Part shown: piece after piece, positions 55,385 through 64,000 of the stretch | Layout: each line of letters begins with the position of its first letter | Numbering within the stretch: the stretch's first letter is position 1 | DNA from: Dictyostelium discoideum | Lineage: Eukaryota | NCBI GenBank assembly: GCA_000004695.1 | Contig: CM000150.2 | Span: forward strand, 1,536,001-1,600,000 | Direction: 5' to 3' | DNA length: 64,000 bases | Program-made: the position numbers and the translations under genes | The notes under the pieces: generated by a model | The model's database searches: none | What the model saw: the letters and a program-made list of their open reading frames with translations, nothing else | Told to the model about the DNA's origin: nothing

Positions 55385-57342
55385 TTAATAACCAATTGAA
55401 AAACCTGAAATTATATGAGCTTGTTTTAAACCACCAGTTGAAGCAGTCATACCAATGAAACAAGATTTATTTTCATGTAAATTTAATAATTTTTGGATAT
55501 TTGCTTTTATTTTATATAAAACTTGATATTTATCTAACCAAACATCAATTGTACTATCACCATCATCACCATTTGAAGTTGAATATTTAATAAAACATTC
55601 ATGTTCAATACCATCATTCATTGGTTTATTATTTTTTGGATTACCATAACCTAAAGAGAATCTATGATGAGAAGAATTTGGTTCTAATGATCTAGTATGA
55701 ATTGAAATATGATTACCATCTGGGTCTTTACAATGATCTTTTGTTGGATAAGTATCAAATTCTATTGCAATTGAATTTCTAATACCTTGATAACCTAAAC
55801 CACAACCACCAATACCAAGTGAATTGATTGAATCATTTTGAATTACAAATGCCATACCATCAGCACCATTAGTTTTAATTAAAAATTTAAATTTACAAAT
55901 GAAACCACCATTTGAAATGATATCAATTCTTTCCTTTATCCAAAATCCACCAACTCTATCATTTTCATCAGGTGTTAAACAAATACCATTCTTTGTAATA
56001 TCACAATTACCAACCAATTTCAATGATTCTCTTGCTTTTGAAATTGAATCTAAAGAATAAATTGGTTTTAAAATTATTGGTATTTCACTTTGTTGTTGTT
56101 GTTGTTGTTGCTGTTGTTGATTATTATTACCAGATTCACCTCTATTATTTCTCCATTCTGATGAACCAGAAATTCTACCAGTTAAATCACTACTATAAGT
56201 TCTTTGATGATAGGATTGTTTTTCATTATCTTCTAAGAATTCTCTATTTAAAATTGAACGTAATTCATCAAATGGTAATGTTGAACGAATTTGATGATTT
56301 AAATGATTTAAATAATTGGTTAGATCAGATTCACTAATTAAATATCGATTGAGATGAGGTAACTTTATTGAGTATCTAGAGGTGACATCGTAGATACCAT
56401 TGAATTCGAATGCAAATACGTAGGACAATTGTTTACCCCAACCACCTTCATAAGTTAGTGGACTGTCATAGGTTGCTTCACAACTATCGACATGTATCCA
56501 TCGACCATCAATGTAAACTTCATTCCAAACATGGTCGGTGAAATCCAAGATGTATCTAGTTGTAAAACCCAATGCAATAGAAAACAGAGTGAATGCATTC
56601 GCCCATTCACCACATCTTCCACATTTAGTTGATAGTAGTTTCTCGACAGAGTTGTATCTTGGGAATCTTGTTACGTGATTACTTGCACATCGGTATACCT
56701 CAACTATTGATACTTGATGTGACTGTTCTTCAAATGTTGGTCTATCACTACCAACTGAACTAGTCGATGGTGTACCACATTTAATATCTGAACATTCAGG
56801 TGAATTTGTCCATGTGAAATATTCATTCTTAAACCAATCCAATAACATTAACATCTTTCTCTTTAAATCTTTCTCTTTCTTTATCTCCAACGGTACTTGA
56901 TCTAATGCCATCTGTTGTAATCTATCAGAGTTATAGCTAATCATATTTCTATACATTCCTTCAATTTTATTCTTTAATCCATTTTCAATTTTAATTGGTA
57001 ATTTAAATGATTTTAAATTTGATAATAAAATTTTTTGATTCTAAATTTTTTTTTTTTTTTTTTTTTTTTATATTATTAGAGAAATTTGATATATTATACA
57101 ATAATATATAAAGTTTTATTATTATTTTTATTTTTATTTACATTTAAAACAATAATTTTTTCAGTTGGCGAAGGATCTCTTAATTTTGAATTTGATAAAT
57201 AATAAAATCTTTGAAATGTTGGATCAACATCTGTAACTGAAAAAACTAATATTTGAAAATCTTCATATGTGCATTCATTTTCAACTTCTACTAAATATTC
57301 TTTATCATTATATATTAAATTTATAGTTTTAGATTGATTCAT
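55385..57342 (-). CDS. Peptide:N-glycanase (PNGase/NGLY1-like, transglutaminase-fold) with an N-terminal ubiquitin-like exon and a C-terminal legume (L-type) lectin-like domain; 2 exons (57342..57142, 57040..55385; ~618 aa)
   Basis: Core: KCGRCGEWANAFTLFSIALGFTTRYILDFTDHVWNEVYIDGRWIHVDSCEA, the PNGase Cys-His-Asp catalytic-triad region. ORF 57342..57094 (MNQSKTINLIYNDKEYLVEVENECTYEDFQILVFSVTDVDPTFQRFYY...) ends at a GTAAAT donor after VLN (57142). The acceptor aaaatttag (AG 57042/57041) joins phase 0 to NQKILLSNLKSFKLPIKIENGLKNKIEGMYRNM..., in frame with the 523-aa ORF. C-terminal ~230 aa: GFWIKERIDIISNGGFICKFKFLIKTNGADGMAFVIQND...GGCGLGY...AIEFDTY...IDVWLDKYQ...CFIGMTASTGGLKQAHIISGFSIGY, which looks like a concanavalin/L-type lectin fold. 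Confidence 0.75.
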
Positions 57343-57659
57343 TCTTGAAAAAAAAAAAAAAATTAAATATATTAAAATTTTTTTTTTTTAATATAACACT
57401 ATAAAAACTCAAAAAAAAAAAAATTAAAAAAAAAAAAAAAAAAATTAAATTAAATTGAATTAAATTAATTTTATCTGGACTTATTATTTAGGTATGATTA
57501 TCTCATATTCAAATAAAAATAAAAATAAAAATAAAAATAAAAATCATATTTGGTAAAGATAGATTATTTATTGACACAAAATAATGTAATATCACACAGT
57601 CAGTAGGTAGGGGTGTGGGGAATATTCAATTATAATAATAATAATAATAATATAATGTT

Positions 57660-58019
57660 TTAATTACAACCACATGAACCAGAATAATAACCATAGCTAT
57701 AACTATAACTGTAAGTTGATCCTGATGCAGTTGTATATGAACCTGCATTAGAATCAATGTTAGTATAATCAGAAGGTAATCTTTTTCTACCATTACCACC
57801 ATTACTACCACATGAACCACATGCAATTGAATTAGAACCCATTGATAAACTTGATCCACCACCATTTGCAACACTTGATTTGCTTGATTTCATTGGGTTT
57901 GAAATTGAAATTAATGATGCTAAAAACAATTTATAATAATTGTTAAAATTAGTTTTTTTTTTTTTTTTTTTTTTTTTTTATTTTAAATATGTATTTTAAA
58001 ATTTACATAAAATGCTCAT
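57660..58019 (-). CDS. hssA/2C/7E-family-like small Gly/Ser/Cys/Tyr-rich protein, array copy A (exons 58019..58007 and 57919..57660; ~90 aa)
   Basis: 13-nt first exon ATGAGCATTTTAT (MSIL plus one base), GTAAAT donor, acceptor ttgtttttag. Exon 2 encodes [39 protein letters not shown]...[17 protein letters not shown]-stop. Confidence 0.6.
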
Positions 58020-58681
58020 TTTTGGAAATTTAATTGATTGTTTTTAAAATTTGATTTAGAATATAGGATATAATTTTATTTTATTTTTTTTATTTTATAG
58101 TTTTATTTTTTTTTTTAATTTTTTACATTTTTTTTTTTTTTTTTTTTTTTTTTTTGATTTTATTTAAAATAATTTTATTTTTATTATTTATCTGTACATA
58201 TCAAACAACAATAAAAATTGCATATCTATAACCAAAAATATCATATGATTTTTTAAAAATTATTTAAAAAATATTTAAAAAAACAGATTGTTCAAATTAA
58301 TTTTTTAATAAAAAAAATATATTTATAAATGTGGTTATTCAATCCCTATAATATTATTCAGATTTTTCTAAATTTAGGAAGTTAAAATAAATTTGTAAAC
58401 TAAGTTTTTCAATTTTCCATACAAATAATAATAATTTTATTTAAAATTTTCTTAAAAATAAAAAAAAAACTAATTTTATATATGTATCATTTTTTTTTTT
58501 TTTTTTTTTTATTTTTAAGAAAATTAATTTAGAAATTAATAAAAATAATAATAATAAAAATACATTTTAATTTCTATATTTTCACAATTTCTTTATCCCA
58601 ATTTAATAAAAATTGAAAAAAAAAAATTACAATGAGGTGTGAATAAAAATTAATTTATTTATCTTTGTATTTTTGTTTTTT

Positions 58682-58934
58682 TTAAAAATTATAACCACAT
58701 GAACTATATCCGTAACTATAACTATAACTATACCCATATCCAGTTGGTGAATATGCACGAGTATTTGATGATTTAGGTGAAGTATAAGAAATTGTTTTTA
58801 TATGACTACTTGCAATTGTAATACCTTCCATTGAAACTGCTGAATAATAATTATTATTTGATGATACAGTACTATTTTTTGATGGAGAAGAAATTGATAT
58901 TGAAATTAATGATGCTATTAAATTTTATATAAAA

Positions 58935-58970
<36 letters not shown>

Positions 58971-58995
58971 GTATATCACAAAAAATTATAAAAAT
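58682..58995 (-). CDS. hssA/2C/7E-family-like protein, divergent array copy B (exons ~58995..58983 and 58914..58682)
   Basis: First exon ATGAGTATATTAT with a GTAATA donor; acceptor aatttaatag. Exon 2 is [76 protein letters not shown]-stop. It lacks the CGSCGG block and ends CGYNF, so it may be decaying. First-exon coordinates are approximate. Confidence 0.4.
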
Positions 58996-59072
58996 ACTAA
59001 TTAATATTACATAATATACTCATTTTGGTGTTATTTTTTTAATTTTAATTTTAATTTTTAAAATTTTTTTTT

Positions 59073-59106
<34 letters not shown>

Positions 59107-59347
59107 TGTATAAAAATAAAAAAAATAATTTTAAATTATAAATTTAAAATTTTTTTTTTTTATTTCAATCCTTATCTGGTTAAATAAAAAATTTTTACAA
59201 ATGATTGATTTATAATAATATTAAAAAAAAGATTTTTTTTTTTTTTTTTTTTTTTCTTTTTTTTTTTTTGGGTTATTTCAGATTAATTTTGAAAAGACAA
59301 TAACGTACATGTTTTAATTTTACAAAAAAGTTTATGAACTTTTTCAA

Positions 59348-59378
<31 letters not shown>

Positions 59379-59914
59379 ATGAATAGTAGAAAAAAAATAT
59401 TTAATTAATAGGAAATAGTCAGATTTTTTTTTTGTTTATTTACCATATAAAGAGTAATAACACTAGATTTTAAAATAATAAACTCTTTGTATAAACATAA
59501 AAAAATGAAATTGAATGAAAGGGAATTTCCACCTTGGTTAACACAAGATTTTTAAATAATTGAATTTTTTATTTTCAATTTGAAATTGAATAAATTTTAC
59601 CAATTGAAACCTTTCTATAAAATTTTAGTGTTATTATATTTTAGTTATCAAATAAAAAAAATTATAAAATAACCTTTAATTTTGATAATAAAAAAAAAAA
59701 TTAAAACAATTCTAAAATAATAATAATTATTATAGTAATTATTTTTTCATTTTTAAAATAAAATTTTTAAAAATGATAATAAATGATATAAAAAATAAGT
59801 AGACAAAATTTTAATTTTTAGGGGTAGGGGGGAATGATGAATAAATTTTATTTTATTTATTTTACAATATATTATTACAACAAATGTAATGTAATTGTTA
59901 TAGAAACAATTGTT

Positions 59915-60170
59915 TTAATTACAGCCACATGATGATGATGAAAAGGATGAACCGTAACTATATGTGTAACCATATTGATAAGTTGGTGAAGTGTAGGTGT
60001 AATAGGTTGTTTGAGAACCATCAGAATTATTAATTATACCAGATGATGAATTACCACCACCACATGAACCACATGCTACTGAATTGGCACCCATTGATAA
60101 TTTACTACCACCATTTGCAACATTTGAATTGCTTGATTTCATTGGGTTTGAAATTGATGTTAATGCAGCT

Positions 60171-60231
<61 letters not shown>

Positions 60232-60310
60232 TTTTAAAAATTTAAATATTAATTTATAAATGTTTTTTTATTAAATTTTAAAAAAATTATTTCTTACATA
60301 AGATACTCAT
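59915..60310 (-). CDS. hssA/2C/7E-family-like protein, array copy C (exons 60310..60298 and 60168..59915)
   Basis: First exon ATGAGTATCTTAT, GTAAGA donor, acceptor ttttttaattag. Exon 2: [84 protein letters not shown]-stop. Confidence 0.6.
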
Positions 60311-60374
60311 TTTTAGTTTTTGTTTTAAATAATATTTTGATTTAATGGCTTTATGGTTTTTTTTTTTTCTTTTA

Positions 60375-60406
<32 letters not shown>

Positions 60407-60760
60407 GGAATTTTAGTTATATTTATTTTTTTTATGACAAATAGATTCATTCTTTTTAAAATCTTTAAAACCTTTCATAAACAATACATTATATAATATA
60501 AATCTTTTATTTTTTTAAGATTTAACGATTTTATAAAAATAGTAGATTTTAAAAATAAAAAAAAATTCAATAAATTAAAATGAAAAATTTTGAAATAGAT
60601 CATAGGTTCCAAAGGTGAGAAAAAAGTTAAATAATAATTTTAAATCAAAGAAAAAAAAAATTATAATTTTAACTGGGTATAAGTGAATTAAATTAATTTA
60701 TTAATTTTACAATTTATTTTTACAAAAAATGTATTGCAGTAGTTATTGAAAAACACTTAT

Positions 60761-61122
60761 TTAATGACAACCACATGATGATGAACCTGATGAACTATAG
60801 CTATAACTATAATTGTATGTGTAAACTGGTGAAGTGTAAGAGTAATAAGTTGTTTGAGAACCATCAGCATTATTAATTGTACCAGATGATGAGTTACCTC
60901 CACCACATGAACCACATGCGACTGAATTGGTACCCATTGATAATCTACCACCACCATTTGCAACACTTGATTTAGTTGATTTCATTGGGTTTGAAATTGA
61001 AGTTAATGCAGCTAAGTTAAATGAAAAAAAAAAAAAAAAAAAAAAGTTTTAAAAATTAATATATCAATTTATAAATGTTTTTATTATATATAAAAAAATG
61101 AATTCTTACATAATATGCTCAT
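60761..61122 (-). CDS. hssA/2C/7E-family-like protein, array copy D (exons 61122..61110 and 61011..60761)
   Basis: First exon ATGAGCATATTAT, GTAAGA donor, acceptor aacttag. Exon 2: [83 protein letters not shown]-stop. Confidence 0.6.
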
Positions 61123-61181
61123 TTTGTTTTTAAATAATATTTTGATTTAATGGTTTTATAATTTTTTTTTTTTTTCTTTTA

Positions 61182-61221
<40 letters not shown>

Positions 61222-61569
61222 GCATTTTGGTTATAATCATTTTTTAATATTTTTCTAAAATAAATTGATTCATCATTTTTAAAATCTAAAAACTTTTTAT
61301 ACAAAACATAATAATATATAAAATCTTTTATTTTTAATAGATTAAACGATTATATAAAAATAGTTGTTTTTAAAAAAAAAAATTCTATAACTCTATAATG
61401 AAAATTTTCAAAAGTAAAAAAAAAAAAGTTAAATAATAATTTTAAAATCAAATAAATAAATTAATAATTAAAAAAAAATAATAATTAGAGGGGAAAAGTG
61501 AATTAATTTAATTTATTAATTTTACAAATTATTTTTACAAAAAAATGTAATGTAGTAGTTAACAATTTT

Positions 61570-61918
61570 TTAATGACATCCACATGATGATGAACCAGAT
61601 GAACTATAGCTATAACTATAATTGTATGTGTAAACTGGTGAAGTGTAAGAGTAATAAGTTGTTTGAGAACCATCAGCATTATTAATTGTACCAGATGATG
61701 AGTTACCACCTCCACATGAACCACATGCGACTGAATTTGAACCCATTGATAATCTACCACCACCATTTGCAACACTTGATTTAGTTGATTTCATTGGGTT
61801 TGAAATTGAAGTTAATGCAGCTAAATTAAATAAAAAAAGAAAAAATAAAGTTTTAATATTATTTTATAAATATTTTCATATAAAATATAAAAAATGAATT
61901 CTTACATAAGATACTCAT
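61570..61918 (-). CDS. hssA/2C/7E-family-like protein, array copy E (exons 61918..61906 and 61820..61570)
   Basis: First exon ATGAGTATCTTAT, GTAAGA donor, acceptor aatttag. The exon 2 protein differs from copy D at one residue (MGS for MGT). Confidence 0.6.
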
Positions 61919-62304
61919 TTTATTTTAGTTTTTGTTTTTAAAAAATATTTTGATTTAATGGTTTTATTGTTTTTTTTTTTTTTCTTTTATACTTTTTTTT
62001 TTTTTATTTTTTTTATTTTTTATTTATTTTTGTTAATACATTTTTAAATTTAGTTAAAATTATTTTTTTGGTTTTTAATAAGATAAATAGATTCATCCTT
62101 TTTAAAATCTATAATAACTTTTCATAAACACAATACATTATAAAAATCTTTTATTTTTAAAAGATTAAACGATTTTATTTAAATAGTGGTTTTTAAAAAA
62201 AAAAAAAAAAAATTCAAAAATAATAATGAAAAATTTAAAAAATAGATCATAGGTTTCAATAAGGTAAAAATATACCTAAAATAATAATTTTAAAATCAAT
62301 CAAA

Positions 62305-62377
<73 letters not shown>

Positions 62378-62475
62378 ATAATTAGGGGGTAAAAGTGAAT
62401 TAATTTAATTTATTAATTTTACAATTTATTATTACAACAAATGTAATGTAGTAGTTATTGAAAGACAACTGTTTT

Positions 62476-62890
62476 TTAATGACAACCACATGATGAAGAT
62501 GAACCTGATGAACTATAGCTATAACTATAATTGTATGTGTAAATTGGAGAAGTGTAAGTGTAATAAGTTGTTTTGGAACCATCAGCATTATTAATTGTAC
62601 CAGATGATGAACTTCCACCACCACATGAACCACATGCGACTGAATTTGAACCCATTGATAATCTACCACCGCCATTTGCAACACTTGATTTGCTTGATTT
62701 CATTGGGTTTGAAATTGAAGTTAATGCAGCTAATTAAAAAATAAAAAATAAAAAATAAAAATATAAATTTTTTAAAAATTAATATTAAAATTCTAATTGT
62801 TTTTTTATTTTTATAATATTTTTTTATTTTTTTTTTAATTTCTTTTATTAAATATAAAAAAGGAAATGAATTCTTACATAAGATACTCAT
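62476..62890 (-). CDS. hssA/2C/7E-family-like protein, array copy F (exons 62890..62878 and 62729..62476)
   Basis: First exon ATGAGTATCTTAT, GTAAGA donor, acceptor ttttttaattag. Exon 2 ends ...[17 protein letters not shown]-stop. Confidence 0.6.
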
Positions 62891-63583
62891 TTTGTTTGAT
62901 TTTATATTAAATAATGTTTTGATTTGAATAATAAAAAAAAAAAAAAATTTATTTATACTTTTTTTTTTTAAAATGCACATTTATTTAAAAATAAAAATTT
63001 AATTATAAATAATTTTAAAAAATAAATTATAACTTATATTTTCTTTAAATATTTTCATCCACATCTATAATATCTAAAAGGCGCGGTTTTTGAATTAAAA
63101 AAAAAGCAATCTAGATTAATTAATATAAAAAAAAAAAAAAAACCCAAGATATATAAAAAAAAAAAAATAAAAAATAAACCCAAAGACATATAAAAAAAAA
63201 ACCAAAGATAGATAAAAAAAAAAAATCGATTTCTTTTTTAGATGACACTCATATTAAAATTAAAAGTTTTAAAAAAAAATTATAATTTTTCATTATAATT
63301 TATTGTTTTCAATCACAAGTAAAAAAAACCAATATCTTAATTTTTTTAATAGATAAAAATTTTTTAAAAAAAAAATTAAAAAAAAAAAATTTTTTAATAA
63401 AAAAAAAAAAAAAAATTTATTTTTTTATTGTTATGTATTTATATATTTTATTTTATTTTTATATTTGTATATATTTTATTTATTTTATTTATTTTTTTTT
63501 TAAAAAAAAAAAATAATATATCATTATTTTTTTATTTTTTTTTATTTTTTTTTTTTTTCACTTTTTTTTTCTATTCACTCAAA

Positions 63584-64000
63584 TTAGATTTTATCACCCA
63601 AAATAAAAATAATTAAAACTAAAAAACCAAAAATTGCAAAAAAGTTTGGAATATTACTTGTTGAATTATTTTTTTGAGGTTCATTTGTTTTTGGAGGTTT
63701 TGTAGTTTGATTTGGTTCATTTGAATTTAACGATGATGAAGATAAGGATGATGAAGATGTTGTATTTGGGGAAGGTGATGGATTTGAAGAATTTGATGGT
63801 GATGGAGTTTCTTTAAAGATACATTTAACAGAATATGGACCAACTAAAGCAGCATTATCAATTGAACAATTGAATAAATTAATTGTATAATTATTTGTTA
63901 AACATTGTTTATCATCAGTTTCAATATATGATGTAAAATTATAATTATTAACATTATCTTTTGAAGAAGTAATTTTAAAAGAATTTGAACAACCATTATT
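63584..64000 (-). CDS. Partial (3' end only) gene for a small Cys-containing, Ser/Pro/Thr-rich protein with a hydrophobic C-terminus, probably GPI-anchored (ponticulin/PsA-like surface protein); continues beyond the window
   Basis: The minus-strand frame is open from the window edge to TAA at 63586..63584. The C-terminus is ...SSSSLNSNEPNQTTKPPKTNEPQKNNSTSNIPNFFAIFGFLVLIIFILGDKI: a small-residue omega region, a spacer, then a hydrophobic tail, which fits a GPI attachment signal. Upstream are four Cys residues in a compact domain with N-glycosylation sequons. Confidence 0.45.
   Translation of the reverse strand, partial: NNGCSNSFKITSSKDNVNNYNFTSYIETDDKQCLTNNYTINLFNCSIDNAALVGPYSVKCIFKETPSPSNSSNPSPSPNTTSSSSLSSSSLNSNEPNQTTKPPKTNEPQKNNSTSNIPNFFAIFGFLVLIIFILGDKI

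Noticed and set aside
57626-62684. His/Val/Gln-rich minus-strand ORFs ([12 protein letters not shown]...) reported at each hssA-like unit
   Set aside because: They are the +1 frame of the same DNA that, in the correct frame and with the 13-nt first exon, encodes the conserved Gly/Ser/Cys proteins. Conservation pattern and stop placement favour the Gly/Ser/Cys frame.

Overview
The window is gene-dense Dictyostelium discoideum nuclear DNA with about 20 protein-coding genes on both strands and two tandem paralog arrays. It has all the hallmarks of that genome: roughly 75-80% A+T, homopolymer and trinucleotide microsatellites, codon-level (AAT)n and (CAA)n runs inside ORFs that give poly-Asn and poly-Gln tracts, and short A/T-rich introns with GTAAGT/GTATGT/GTAAAT donors and ...tag/aag acceptors.

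Genes with recognisable products:
- a GH7 cellobiohydrolase
- a torsin-like AAA+ ATPase
- eIF4E
- a 1,982-aa protein with leucine-rich repeats (LRR) and a RasGEF domain
- a peroxisomal (PTS2) citrate synthase in four exons
- a PHD-finger protein
- a RING-H2 protein
- a CDK8-like kinase
- a membrin/Bos1-type Qb-SNARE
- a DUF985 cupin
- a peptide:N-glycanase (PNGase) with an unusual ubiquitin-like N-terminus and a lectin-like C-terminus

The remaining genes are Dictyostelium-type low-complexity hypothetical proteins.

Two tandem arrays stand out. Six head-to-tail copies of a small Gly/Ser/Cys/Tyr-rich hssA/2C/7E-like gene sit at 57.6-62.9 kb; each has a conserved 13-nt first exon. At 0.6-3.9 kb there are two and a half copies of a secreted-protein gene, with a mosaic partial third copy.

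Shared CA-rich (CAE-like) motifs lie upstream of several genes.

No rRNA, tRNA, transposon or prokaryotic-type system was recognised. Intron boundaries are inferred by eye from splice consensus and frame continuity.
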